From NCBI GenBank assembly GCA_027487995.1, contig JAIYCN010000233.1, positions 16,168 through 80,167 on the forward strand: DNA of 64,000 nucleotides, read 5' to 3'. The notes under the pieces are model-generated. The model searched no databases, was not told where the DNA came from, and saw nothing but the letters and a program-made list of their open reading frames with translations. Within the stretch, counting starts at the first letter, position 1. Each line of letters starts with the position of its first letter. This document shows positions 31,462-40,946 of the stretch, piece by piece. This DNA is from Rubrivivax sp. (GTDB taxonomy: Bacteria; Pseudomonadota; Gammaproteobacteria; Burkholderiales; Burkholderiaceae_C). A program made the translations under genes and the position numbers.

Positions 31462-31594
31462 TGATAGATCCCTTGAGGCGCCCCGCACCGCGCGGGGCAA
31501 CATGGGCCGGAACTATTGACGACGCAGGCAACTTGCAACACCCCGTGGTCGGGGGTGAACCACCTGATCAGGGGGGTGTGATCACCCCACAGTC

Positions 31595-32311
31595 TCAGGA
31601 GTGAACGCGGTTGGGGCCCACCGTAAGCGTGACTGCTCCAACTCCCTGGACATGGCCTTCCAGCCGGTCACCCGGCACCACCGCCCCCACCCCTTCAGGG
31701 GTGCCGGTGTAGATCAGGTCACCGGGCTGCAAGCGGTAGTACAGCGACAGGTCCGCGATGATCTCCCGGATGTTCCAGATCAGCTTCGACACGTCCGAAC
31801 GCTGGCGCGTCTGGCCGTTGACCTCCAAGGCAATCTCGCCCTTCTCAATCACATGCCCAGGCATGGGCACCACCTCGGAGCACACCGAGCCTTCCTCGAT
31901 GTCCTTGCCCAGATCCCAGGGGCGGCCCTTTTCGCGGGCGATCAACTGCAGGTCGCGCCGCGTCATGTCCAGACCGCAGGCATAGCCGTAGATCAGCTCA
32001 TGGGCCTTGTCGGCGGGCACTTCAAATCCTTCGCGGCCGATCACCAGCACCAGTTCCATCTCGTAGTGGTAGTCCTTGGTTTGCGGCGGGTAGGCCACCG
32101 TGGCACCGCTTTGCACCAGCGTCTGTGGCGACTTGGTGAAGTAGAAGGCGCGCTCGGCGGCCTTGTCCACCGGGCGGCCCATCTCCACCGCATGGGCGTG
32201 GTAGTTGCGGCCCACACAGAAGATGCGGTTGATCGGTAGGCGTTGCGCGCTGCCGCGCACAGGCAGGCTGGCCACGGGCGGCGGGTTCCAGAGGTATTGG
32301 ACGTCGGACAT
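31595..32311 (-). CDS. fumarylacetoacetate hydrolase family protein (fumarylpyruvate/maleylpyruvate hydrolase-like)
   Basis: I take MSDVQYLWNPPP as the start. The FAH motif is FCVGRNYHAHAVEMG...YHYEMELVLVIG. The gene is adjacent to gentisate dioxygenase. Confidence 0.85.
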   Translation of the reverse strand: MSDVQYLWNPPPVASLPVRGSAQRLPINRIFCVGRNYHAHAVEMGRPVDKAAERAFYFTKSPQTLVQSGATVAYPPQTKDYHYEMELVLVIGREGFEVPADKAHELIYGYACGLDMTRRDLQLIAREKGRPWDLGKDIEEGSVCSEVVPMPGHVIEKGEIALEVNGQTRQRSDVSKLIWNIREIIADLSLYYRLQPGDLIYTGTPEGVGAVVPGDRLEGHVQGVGAVTLTVGPNRVHS

Positions 32312-32364
32312 GAATGGATCCAGTAGAGGTTGAATGAATCGGCTGAAGGCGCCCATTGCAGGCT

Positions 32365-33405
32365 TTACGGACGCACCTCGTACACGCCCAGCTTGCGGTG
32401 GAGGGGCGCTTCGTCGGCAATGAACAAAAAGGCGGGATGGGTGGTCGATCGGTTGCTCAGCGTCACGGCTTCGTAGCCCGGCGCGCAGCAGGTGTCGGCC
32501 TCGGCCAACTGGAAACGCTGGTCGACGATCTGCGCGTCGACCGTGCCTTCAATCAAGTGGAAGACCTGGGCCGGTGAACGGGCCGGCAGCTTCAGCGTCT
32601 GGCCAGGGCGCAGCATCATCGCGCCAAATCCCAGGTTGTTCTGCACATCACGTCCCGTGTCGGGGTTCACGTAGGTCACCTGAACCGCCTGCAGCTCAGG
32701 CTGGCTCTGGGCCAGGGCCACCAGGGCGGCGCGCGTGTCCTTCCAGGGATAGCGCAGCATGGGGTAAGCCTCGCGGCCGCGCTCGAACCAGGGCGTGGGC
32801 ACGATGCCGCCGGCCGCATAGGCTTGGTCGCCGCGCCCGGGCTTGACGTGCTGCCGCTGGCCTTCCTCGGAGTAAGACACCTCGCCGTAGACCATCAGCG
32901 GCAGGTCTAACACGTCGAGCCACACCACCGGCTCATCACCGGTGTGCCCATGCTCGTGCCACTGTCCGGTTGGCGTGAGGATCAGGTCACCGCGCTCCAT
33001 CGGGCACTGCTCGCCATTCACGGTCGTGGTGGCGCCGCGCCCCTCCACGATCATGCGCACGGCATTGGGCGTGTGCCGGTGCGCCGGCGCCCACTCCTTG
33101 GGCAGCAGCAACTGCATGCCCAGGTACAGCGCGGGGCTGACCTTCATGTTGTCCAGGCCGTGGCCGGGGTTGGCCAGCACCAGCACGCGGCGCTCGGCCT
33201 TCTCCATGGGGGTGAGCTCGCCGGCGCGCATCAGCAAGGGGCGCAGGGTGGCATAGGGCCAGTGCACCGGGCGGGTGTTGCGGCTGGGCACCCCGGGCGG
33301 CAGCAGCGCGCGCAGGTTGGGCCAAAGCGGCACCAAGTTCAGCCGCGTGAGTTCATCACGGTAGTCCTGCGGCAGGTCTTCCAGTCGTCCCAATGCGTGC
33401 ATCAT
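32365..33405 (-). CDS. gentisate 1,2-dioxygenase
   Basis: The 346-aa bicupin has WAPAHRHTPNAVRMIVEG...GQWHEHGH. It sits in gentisate-pathway context. Confidence 0.85.
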   Translation of the reverse strand: MMHALGRLEDLPQDYRDELTRLNLVPLWPNLRALLPPGVPSRNTRPVHWPYATLRPLLMRAGELTPMEKAERRVLVLANPGHGLDNMKVSPALYLGMQLLLPKEWAPAHRHTPNAVRMIVEGRGATTTVNGEQCPMERGDLILTPTGQWHEHGHTGDEPVVWLDVLDLPLMVYGEVSYSEEGQRQHVKPGRGDQAYAAGGIVPTPWFERGREAYPMLRYPWKDTRAALVALAQSQPELQAVQVTYVNPDTGRDVQNNLGFGAMMLRPGQTLKLPARSPAQVFHLIEGTVDAQIVDQRFQLAEADTCCAPGYEAVTLSNRSTTHPAFLFIADEAPLHRKLGVYEVRP

Positions 33406-33438
33406 GTGTCCCCTCTTGAATTCAGTTGTGCGACTGGC

Positions 33439-34647
33439 TCAGCCTTGTTGCAGGCAGTTGCCCACATTCCAGCCGTACAGCCATTCAATGGCGTCGTAGA
33501 AGCGTTCCTGGCTGCGGCCTCTCCACAAGGAATTGCGCACCAGTCGTTCCACACCGGCTGCATGGTAGAGCCGACCCATCTCGCGGCCCGACAGCACGAT
33601 GCGCGCCGTGCGGGCCACGCGGTTGTGCTGGTAGAGCTGCAGGGCCTTGTCCCAATCGTGGTCGCAGGCCTTGAGCGCTTCACCCAGCGTCACCGCGTCT
33701 TCCATCGCCATGCAGGCACCCTGGGCCATGTACTGGGTGGTGGGGTGCGCGGCGTCCCCCAGCAGCGTGGTGCGGCCGAACACCCAGTTGCCGATGGGCT
33801 CACGGTCGGCCGTGGCCCAGCGCTTCCAGCTCTTGGGCAGTTCGATCAACTGGCGCGCCTTGGGGCTGATGCCCTGAAAGTAGCTCTCCACCTCTTCCTT
33901 GCTGCCGTCGGTGACGCCCCACTGTTCCTGCTGCCGGCTGTGGAAGGTGACGACCACGTTGTACTGCTCGCCCCCGCGCAACGGGTAGTGCACCAGGTGG
34001 CATTTCGGCCCGGCCCAAAGGCTGGCTGCGTTCCAGCGCAAGTTTTCGGGGAAGTCGGCCTTGTCCACCACCGCGCGGTAAACCACATGGCCGGTGACGC
34101 GCGGCGGGTCATTCACGTACTGCTCCCGCACCACCGACTTGCCGCCATCCGCACCAATCAGCGCCTGCCCTGTCCAGCGCTTGCCGTTCTGGTCGATGGC
34201 AGTCACGGTCTTGTTCGCGTCGTCCTGCTCAATGCGCTGCACGCGGACGTTGGTGTGGAACGTCACGCGGCCACTTTCCTGCGCGCCTTCGAGCAGCGAA
34301 AGGTGCACGTCGGCGCGGTGGATGACGGCATAGGGGTTGCCGAAGCGTTGGCGAAACGCTTCGCCGGTTTCGATGCGGCCCACCAGGGACTCGTCGATGG
34401 CATCGTGCATCACCATGCATTCGGTGTAGACCGCGCGGCTGCGGGCCTTGTCACCCACGCCCAGGGCGTCGAATGCGTGGAAGGCGTTGGGGCCGAGCTG
34501 GATGCCCGCGCCGATCTCGCCGATTTCCGGGGCCTGCTCAAGCACTGTGACGGTGTAGCCCTGGCGAACCAGCGCCAGCGCGGCGGCCAGGCCACCAATG
34601 CCACCGCCGGCCACGATGACGGGCATGTCCTGTTGGGATTTGCTCAT
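33439..34647 (-). CDS. FAD-dependent 3-hydroxybenzoate 6-hydroxylase-like monooxygenase
   Basis: It has the VIVAGGGIGGLAAA dinucleotide fold and the LLGDAAHPTTQYMAQGACMAMEDA motif. I chose the start MSKSQQ, which has GGAG 8-11 nt upstream; the ORF extends to 34659. Confidence 0.8.
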   Translation of the reverse strand: MSKSQQDMPVIVAGGGIGGLAAALALVRQGYTVTVLEQAPEIGEIGAGIQLGPNAFHAFDALGVGDKARSRAVYTECMVMHDAIDESLVGRIETGEAFRQRFGNPYAVIHRADVHLSLLEGAQESGRVTFHTNVRVQRIEQDDANKTVTAIDQNGKRWTGQALIGADGGKSVVREQYVNDPPRVTGHVVYRAVVDKADFPENLRWNAASLWAGPKCHLVHYPLRGGEQYNVVVTFHSRQQEQWGVTDGSKEEVESYFQGISPKARQLIELPKSWKRWATADREPIGNWVFGRTTLLGDAAHPTTQYMAQGACMAMEDAVTLGEALKACDHDWDKALQLYQHNRVARTARIVLSGREMGRLYHAAGVERLVRNSLWRGRSQERFYDAIEWLYGWNVGNCLQQG

Positions 34648-34678
34648 TGCCGTCTCCATTTTGAACTCATATCATCAG

Positions 34679-34697
34679 TACACTGACGAAAAGTGTA
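34679..34697. promoter_or_regulatory. candidate MarR operator (TACACT-N7-AGTGTA) in the divergent promoter region
   Basis: This inverted repeat lies between the hydroxylase start and the marR start. The same half-site recurs at 35347-35359. Confidence 0.4.
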
Positions 34698-34748
34698 GTG
34701 ATAACATCGAAATCAATCATTAGGGTGAACCCTTACCTGGGTACATTG

Positions 34749-35225
34749 ATGGGCCAGAGCAAAGCCAATTCCCACCAAGTCGATCTCGACGACCTGCCCG
34801 GTCACCACATCCGGCGCCTGCAACAGATTGCCGTGGCCCTGTTCCTGCAGGAGACCGAAGCCTTCAACCTCACGCCCGTGCAGTACGCCGCACTCAAGGG
34901 CGTGGCCGCTGCGCCAGGTATTGATCAACGCACCTTGGCGCGCACCATCGGCCTGGACACCTCCACCACCGGGGGCGTGCTGGACCGCCTGGAAGCCCGC
35001 GGGCTGCTGCAGCGCAACGCCAACCCGGATGACCGCCGCGTGCGCCTGTTGACCATGACAGCCGAGGGACATCAGCTGCTCAAGCAGATCACACCGGCCA
35101 TGTTGCGGGCGCAAGAGCGCATCCTGGAGCCCCTGCCCGCAACGGAGCGCAAGCAGTTCATGCGGATGTTGCGCACGGTGGTGGAGGCGAACAATGCCCT
35201 CAGCCGCGCACCCAGCGATGCCTGA
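34749..35225 (+). CDS. MarR family transcriptional regulator
   Basis: I take MGQSKANSH as the start. The winged-helix region is LTPVQYAALKGVAAAPGIDQRTLARTIGLDTSTTGGVLDRLEARGLL. Confidence 0.85.
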   Translation: MGQSKANSHQVDLDDLPGHHIRRLQQIAVALFLQETEAFNLTPVQYAALKGVAAAPGIDQRTLARTIGLDTSTTGGVLDRLEARGLLQRNANPDDRRVRLLTMTAEGHQLLKQITPAMLRAQERILEPLPATERKQFMRMLRTVVEANNALSRAPSDA

Positions 35226-35346
35226 GCCCCGGCGCTGACCGGCACTGCAGGCATTGCGTGGAGCGGCGTTCGCCGCACGCATTCAAGTCCAGGATCCCAG
35301 CCCGAATTCGGGTTTTCACTCATACCCTCCATATCGTCCGCACACA

Positions 35347-35359
35347 TACACTAAGTGTA
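35347..35359. promoter_or_regulatory. candidate MarR operator (TACACT-A-AGTGTA palindrome)
   Basis: This is a perfect 6+1+6 palindrome about 85 nt upstream of the Bug-family gene. It shares its half-site with 34679-34697. Confidence 0.4.
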
Positions 35360-35441
35360 CTGATCATAAGCATGGTGAATAAAAGAAGCTGCCAGCACCG
35401 TGCAAACCACGTCTGAAACCACCCTCACGAGGAGACAAACC

Positions 35442-36416
35442 ATGACCAGCCGCCGCCATCTCTTGCTTGCAGCCGCCCTCAGCCTGTACGCCACCGCACC
35501 CGCCATCGCACAGGTGTTCCCCAGCAAGCCGGTGACCATCTACACCGCCTTCGCCCCCGGCAGCGGCCCCGACGCCGTGCTGCGCTTGGTGGCCGAGAAG
35601 CTGGGCAAGACCTGGAAGCAGCGCGTGCTGGTGGAGAACCGACCCGGTGGTGGCGGATTCATCGCCATGGAAGCCGCGCGCCGTGCCGCGCCGGACGGGC
35701 ACACGCTGCTGCAGTTGGACAGCGAGCACCTGGCCGCCGTTCCGCACCTCTACAAGGCGCGCAACTTCGACACGCTCAAGGTCTTCGACCCCGTGGCCAC
35801 GCTGTTCCGCACCAACTTCTTCATTGCCGTGCCCACTGACTCGAAGTGGAAGACGGTAGCCGACCTGGTGGCTGCCTCCAAGGCCGCGCCGGGGCGCCTG
35901 ACCTACGGGTCTTGGGGCGTGGGCAGCCCGGGCCACCTGGGAGGCGAGCGCCTGGAACTGCTCACCTCCATCGACATGCAGCACGTGCCCTTCCGTGAGG
36001 TGTCACAGTTGTTCACCTCTGTGGCGGCCGGTGAACCTTCGTGGAGCTTTGCCACCCTGCCCTCCAGCCAAGGCCCCTACAAGGCCGGCCGCATCCGCTA
36101 TTTGGCCGTGGCCGCGCCCAAGCGCCAGCCCCAGATGCCCGACGTGCCCACCGTGGCCGAAGCCGGTGGCCCGAAGGACCTGGAAGTGAACTCCTTCGTG
36201 GTGCTGGTGTCTCCCAAGGGCGTGAGCCCTGCCGTGCGCGACCGCATCAACGCCGATGTGGCAGCCGCATTGGCCGAGCCCGACATCAAGGCCCGATTCG
36301 AGACCTTCGCATTTGAAAGCCCGGGCTGGTCGCCCGCTGAGATTGAAAAGCAGGCGGCCATCAAGAGCAAGGTCTACAGCGAACTGATCGCGCGCAAGAG
36401 CATCAGCCTGGAGTGA
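35442..36416 (+). CDS. Bug-family (TctC-like) tripartite tricarboxylate transporter substrate-binding protein
   Basis: I take MTSRRHLLLAAALSLYATAPAIAQ (signal peptide) as the start, with GGAGA upstream. It has FPSKPVTIY...RPGGGG, typical of the Bug family. Confidence 0.85.
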   Translation: MTSRRHLLLAAALSLYATAPAIAQVFPSKPVTIYTAFAPGSGPDAVLRLVAEKLGKTWKQRVLVENRPGGGGFIAMEAARRAAPDGHTLLQLDSEHLAAVPHLYKARNFDTLKVFDPVATLFRTNFFIAVPTDSKWKTVADLVAASKAAPGRLTYGSWGVGSPGHLGGERLELLTSIDMQHVPFREVSQLFTSVAAGEPSWSFATLPSSQGPYKAGRIRYLAVAAPKRQPQMPDVPTVAEAGGPKDLEVNSFVVLVSPKGVSPAVRDRINADVAAALAEPDIKARFETFAFESPGWSPAEIEKQAAIKSKVYSELIARKSISLE

Positions 36417-36840
36417 CCTTTGCGCCGAGGTGTGGGCCGAGATCGAGCCCACACTCGCATGCGCCATGCGGCCGGACTTCCGGTGCGCGGATCAGGGGCG
36501 CCGCATTGGCGGAACTCCATCGTCTCGTGCCCGCTCATCGCACTGGCGCCTGGGATGCCATTCGCAAACCTGTGCTGATGGTCACGGGGACGCGGGACAC
36601 GGAACTTGGCGGCGCATCCTGGGTGACGCGAACAGAAGCCTTCGACAACATGCCTCCGGGTTGCAAGTGGCTGGGCGTGATCGAGGGCGCCACCCACATG
36701 CACTTTGCCGGGCGAGGCGATGGTTCGCAGCAGACCTAGGGCATCGTGACCCGGTTGACGGCGGCCTTTTTGGATGGCGTGGATGGTGGGGATTGTTCGC
36801 GGCCTTCAGCTGAACCGGGCCTTGCCATCAGGACGAAGTA
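36417..36840 (+). pseudogene. alpha/beta (dienelactone-type) hydrolase remnant: C-terminal part only, frameshifted
   Basis: One frame reads ...WDAIRKPVLMVTGTRDTELGG...LGVIEGATHMHFAG. After a stop, another frame reads IVTRLTAAFLDGV.... There is no N-terminal catalytic half, and the fragment abuts the Bug gene stop. Confidence 0.45.
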
Positions 36841-36892
36841 GATTCAAAGGGTCGAGTGCAGGGTGTAAAGGCAGGCTGCGGTCCACAGTTCC

Positions 36893-37273
36893 TCAAAGGC
36901 AGAGTGCCATGCTCTGCGCAAGGAGGGGTGACCCTTCGCGAGGAGGCTCTGGCGCAACCCACATCTGGTAGAGGTTGACCACACCAAGCTTCGCCGAGTC
37001 GCGCTTGGCCCAGCACAAACCGGCCGGCAACTCTCCCACCCGCGCCAGGAGGGGAAGATCAAGGCCAGAGGTGGCCGCAGCAGCGAGACGGGATTGCCAC
37101 ACTTCCGGCGGGCGCGCCGCCTCCAGTGCGTGTGCGCCTCCGAAGGCGTCAGGAGAGTCTAGAAGTGAAGACAGGCGCAGATCGCGATAAGGCTCCCACA
37201 CCGTTAGAAAAAACAAGTCAAGCAGGCACGGCATGGACCCGCTCCCAACGTGGCTGCCCCTGGCATTCGACAT
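36893..37273 (-). pseudogene. GNAT acetyltransferase, truncated
   Basis: The N-terminal GNAT-like sequence (...LRLSSLLDSPDAFGG...VVNLYQMWVAPE) stops prematurely soon after the point where the R-x-x-G-x-G/A CoA motif is expected. It overlaps the next fragment. Confidence 0.45.
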
Positions 37274-37553
37274 GACGACACTCTATGGGTTCGAAGCCAA
37301 GGCGATGAAGCAGCTTGACGTTGCCAAAGGACTGCGCAGTGTCACGCACGGTCCAGAAGGTAGTCTCCACAGCTTTCAGACGCGAAACATCAAGTGACTG
37401 AACGCGCTCGGGCGGCGAGAGCTCATGCATATGGCGAAGATGCTCTTCCAGGAGGGCATGCACGGCTTGGCTGCCGATGCCTCGCCGCCAGTATTGGCTG
37501 TTGAGTTCGTATGCGACGTAGGCGCAATGATCTGTAAGGACCGTGGCTTGCAC
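37218..37553 (-). pseudogene. GNAT acetyltransferase fragment (C-terminal half)
   Basis: The sequence is ...AYVAYELNSQYWRRGIGSQAVHALL...GNVKLLHRLGFEP. An in-frame TAA lies directly upstream of the GTG, and the N-terminal third is missing. Confidence 0.45.
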
Positions 37554-37611
37554 TTATCCTGCGCCCCGCAGGCAAGGTGGCCAGCCGTTGACGCTCAGGT
37601 TGAACGACCAG

Positions 37612-38121
37612 TCAGGCTGCACTCTCGCGGCCCCTGACCAGCGCCCAGCGCTCGTGATCACGCCACTTACCCCCAAGCTTGAGGTACGCCGGCGAGTAGC
37701 CCTCCTTCTTGAAGCCGCAACTTCGAACCAATGCGATGGAACTCACGTTCGAGGGCTGGATGTTGGCTTCAAGGCGGTGCAGTCCAAGTTCGCGGAAGGC
37801 ATGACGCGTCACAAGGGACAGGCCCTTCTTCATGAAGCCACGGCCTTCGTGACCCTTGAAAACGAAGTAGCCAAGATAGCCACTCTTGAAGACCCCATAG
37901 ATCACGTTGGTGAGATTGATGGCGCCAACCAACTCACCAGTGTCAGTGAGCGAAACGACGAACCCAAAGTGATGCCGGGTGTCGAAGCGCGCGATGTAGC
38001 GGTCGAAGGCGGCGGCGTCGCAAGGCGCTGTGGCCCACGGACGATGAAGTTGTCGGCTTCGGCGAGCGGCAGCAGTGAATGCTGGGAGGTCAGTGGATTG
38101 AACGGCGCGAACGGCAATCAT
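37612..38121 (-). CDS. GNAT family N-acetyltransferase (RimJ/RimL-like)
   Basis: I take MIAVRAVQSTD as the start, just outside the attC. The sequence contains ...GYLGYFVFKGHEGRGFMKKGL...ANIQPSNVSSIALVRSCGFKKEG. Confidence 0.8.
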   Translation of the reverse strand: MIAVRAVQSTDLPAFTAAARRSRQLHRPWATAPCDAAAFDRYIARFDTRHHFGFVVSLTDTGELVGAINLTNVIYGVFKSGYLGYFVFKGHEGRGFMKKGLSLVTRHAFRELGLHRLEANIQPSNVSSIALVRSCGFKKEGYSPAYLKLGGKWRDHERWALVRGRESAA

Positions 38122-38133
38122 GCGAGGTGAGCA

Positions 38134-38259
38134 GCCTAACGTTTGAGCTGAGGGTTCGTGCCTTCGTGGCGCCTGACCCACGAGGCGAATGATGACAGCA
38201 AGCGTCTCGCGGGCCAAGTGCCACACCGACGCGCGTCCCCTCGAGCGAAGGTTTAGGTC
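38134..38259 (-). repeat. attC-like recombination site (126 bp)
   Basis: It starts GCCTAACGTTTGAGCTGAGG and ends CCTCGAGCGAAGGTTTAGGTC. The ends are imperfect inverted repeats with RYYYAAC / GTTRRRY-type cores. Confidence 0.65.
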
Positions 38260-38430
38260 TCGCCCTGCGTGGCATCACTTGGCGTGAAGTGGCAGTTGAA
38301 GCAGCGCGGAACTACAGAAGGCTGATGTCTCTTGGAGTCACCGTGCGTGGGACCGTCGACGTACTGATCGCAACTCGGATGACCACCTCACTCGGGTGAG
38401 CGAGTAAAGACGGGGCTCATGGGTCGTTTT

Positions 38431-38961
38431 TCAGATGGGTGCATCAAGCCGGTAGTGCACCACCACCTGACGCTTCCCACTGGTCTCGTTGACCTTCTCG
38501 TGGGATAGCCGTGCACCCAACTTCTCCACTGCCCGACGTGACCGAAGGTTCTCGCTTCCGATGTGGAACCAAACGCTTGAGGCGGTCTGGAACGCATGCT
38601 CAAGCATCAAGTTCTTGAGCTCGGTGTTGGTCGGTCCTCCCCAATGTCGCGTGACCAGAAAGGTGTAACCGATCACGACGCTGCGATCGGCTGGGTTCCA
38701 CTGATAGAACCGCGAGGACCCGATGCAATGGCCGGTCGTGTTTTCCAAGACCATCAGCAGGCCACCCGTCCGGGCGGCGGTGTCCCAGAACTCAGTCTTG
38801 AACACCTCGCGGCGGTACCGGTTCGGTGAGGGATGCTGAGCCCAAACCGCAGGATCTGCCGCCGCCGTGAACACCGCATCAAAATCCTCAATGGTGGCAG
38901 GTCGGACCATGATGGTCGGCCCGCCCAAATTGGGCTGGCTATCGAAAGTGCTGGTTTGCAT
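38431..38961 (-). CDS. GNAT family N-acetyltransferase
   Basis: The 176-aa ORF contains ...IGYTFLVTRHWGGPTNTELKNLMLEHAF...GSENLRSRRAVEKLGA. Confidence 0.8.
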   Translation of the reverse strand: MQTSTFDSQPNLGGPTIMVRPATIEDFDAVFTAAADPAVWAQHPSPNRYRREVFKTEFWDTAARTGGLLMVLENTTGHCIGSSRFYQWNPADRSVVIGYTFLVTRHWGGPTNTELKNLMLEHAFQTASSVWFHIGSENLRSRRAVEKLGARLSHEKVNETSGKRQVVVHYRLDAPI

Positions 38962-38982
38962 GGGAAGCTCAGAGTCGAGATC

Positions 38983-39750
38983 TCACTGCCCCTTGAACAA
39001 ACCCTGAAACGGCCGCGACACCGTGAGTTGATCGGGGCAGCCGCGCAGCTTGAGCACCATGCCCCCGGCATCGTCGCGTATGGCGCTGGCGATCTGGCTG
39101 CTGGCCACGATGACCGAGCGGTGAACCTGCTGGAACTGCCCCGGGTTCAGCTGCACCAGCAAATCCTTGAGCGGCGTGCGCAGCAACGCCTCGCGCTGCT
39201 CGCCGTCTTCGCGGTAAACCACGCGCGTGTAGCGCGCATCCGATTCGAAATACACCACATCGGCCACCCGGATGATCCGGATCTCCTTGCCGATGCTGGC
39301 CTGCAGGGTCTCCGGCTGAGGCGGGCGGGCCGGAACCAGGCGCGACAGGAGAGCCTGCAGGGCTTCGGCCTGCGCGGGCTCCGAGGTGGGCCGTGCCAGG
39401 CGCTGCTTCAGGCGCTCCACCGTCTGCGCCAAGCGCTGTGGCTCCACCGGTTTGACGAGGTAGTCCACCGCGCCAGTCTCAAAGGCCTGCAGCGCATGGT
39501 CGCCATAGGCGGTCACGAACACCACCGGGCAGCGCCCCTCGATCTTCTGCGCCACCTCCAGACCTGTCATGCCAGGCATGCGAATGTCCAGGAAGCAGGC
39601 ATCGGGCTGGTGCTGCAGCCACTGGTCCCAGGCATCGGCCCCGTGCACGGCTTGGGCCACGATATCGGCCTCGGGCCACGCTGCGTACAGCGCATCGGCC
39701 AACTGCTCGCGCATGGCGGCTTCATCATCGGCAATCAGGATGCGGGGCAT
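38983..39750 (-). CDS. LytR/AlgR family response regulator (receiver + LytTR DNA-binding domain)
   Basis: I take MPRILIADDE as the start, in an ATGA overlap with the kinase stop. The acceptor context is DACFLDIRMPGMTG. The LytTR C-terminus is ...IRVADVVYFESDARYTRVVY...HRSVIV. Confidence 0.9.
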   Translation of the reverse strand: MPRILIADDEAAMREQLADALYAAWPEADIVAQAVHGADAWDQWLQHQPDACFLDIRMPGMTGLEVAQKIEGRCPVVFVTAYGDHALQAFETGAVDYLVKPVEPQRLAQTVERLKQRLARPTSEPAQAEALQALLSRLVPARPPQPETLQASIGKEIRIIRVADVVYFESDARYTRVVYREDGEQREALLRTPLKDLLVQLNPGQFQQVHRSVIVASSQIASAIRDDAGGMVLKLRGCPDQLTVSRPFQGLFKGQ

Positions 39751-40946
39751 CAGGCCTCCTCGAATTGCAGTTCGGCCCGCGTACCGCCCGTGCTCAGCGC
39801 TTGAAGGGTGAACCGGGCCTTCAAGCCGTAATGCTGCTGCAGGCGCTGGCGCAGGTTCGACAAGCCCACCTGATCGCATGCCTCGGGCGACAAACCCAAA
39901 CCATCGTCTTCCACGCGAAGCCACCAGCCGCCCGTGGCCAAGTCACCGCGCCCACTGCTCAGGTTGAGCCTGCCGCCCTCGATCTTGGGCTCCAGGCCAT
40001 GCTCGATGGCATTCTCGACCAAGGTCAGCAGCAGACCGGGCGGAACCTTCTGCGCCGCGCACTGGGGATCCAGTTCAATCTCGAAACTCAACCGATCACC
40101 CATGCGGGTCTGCATGATGGCCAGGTAGTGCGCCGCCGCCCGCACCTCGTCGCCCAGCGGCACCAACGGTCGACCCAGCATCTCGGTGCTGCCACGCAGA
40201 AATCCCGTGAGTTCGCGCAACAGCGGCCCGGCCCGCGGGTCGGCCCTGTCGACCCAATGCTGCAGCGTGGCCAGTGTGTTGAATACGAAGTGCGGGTGGA
40301 TCTGCGCCTGCAGTAGGCGCAGTTCCGTCTCGGCGGCCACCGCGCGTACCGCATCGCGTTCGGCCAGCAGTTGCAGTCGCTGCAGACGCTGGGCACGAGC
40401 GGTCTTTCCTGCCCACGACACCATCGCCACCACCACGATGAGCCCCACCAACAACAGAAGCGCGGGCAAGGCCCCCCTCTCGGCGGCGTGCTGCAGGCGC
40501 GCCCAATCAACATCACCGTGGCGGACCCATTGGCCGAACACCAAGCCCACGACTGCACCGGCCACGCCCACCAGCATGCCCCAGCCAAAGCCGGCAACGA
40601 GTTTGGATGTACCTTTGCGCTTGGGTGAAAACCAAGCCCCGAAAATGACCCAGGTCAAGGCCAACCACAGCACGCTGGCCAGGCCAATGGCCTTCAGCCA
40701 GGTGACATCGAGCCCGGCCCGAACACCCAATACCGCGCCCAAGCCACCTAGCGCCCAGCCGAACCATGCAAACAACCCGCGTCGGGTGTAGAGAAACTGG
40801 TCGACCTCCTCGATCTCTCGGGCCAGTTCGGGATCGTCCCGCCCGATACGCTCGTAGTGGGGCTGGGCCCAGCGGTAGTAGGCACGCTGCAGGCGGTTGC
40901 CCGTCGCCAGGGAGTTGCCGGTAGCCAATGGGTTGGTGCTCATCAT
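39750..40946 (-). CDS. LytS/YehU-family sensor histidine kinase
   Basis: The 398-aa ORF has TM segments, then QAQIHPHFVFNTL (H-box of the His_kinase family) and the LVENAIEHG N-box. Confidence 0.9.
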   Translation of the reverse strand: MMSTNPLATGNSLATGNRLQRAYYRWAQPHYERIGRDDPELAREIEEVDQFLYTRRGLFAWFGWALGGLGAVLGVRAGLDVTWLKAIGLASVLWLALTWVIFGAWFSPKRKGTSKLVAGFGWGMLVGVAGAVVGLVFGQWVRHGDVDWARLQHAAERGALPALLLLVGLIVVVAMVSWAGKTARAQRLQRLQLLAERDAVRAVAAETELRLLQAQIHPHFVFNTLATLQHWVDRADPRAGPLLRELTGFLRGSTEMLGRPLVPLGDEVRAAAHYLAIMQTRMGDRLSFEIELDPQCAAQKVPPGLLLTLVENAIEHGLEPKIEGGRLNLSSGRGDLATGGWWLRVEDDGLGLSPEACDQVGLSNLRQRLQQHYGLKARFTLQALSTGGTRAELQFEEA

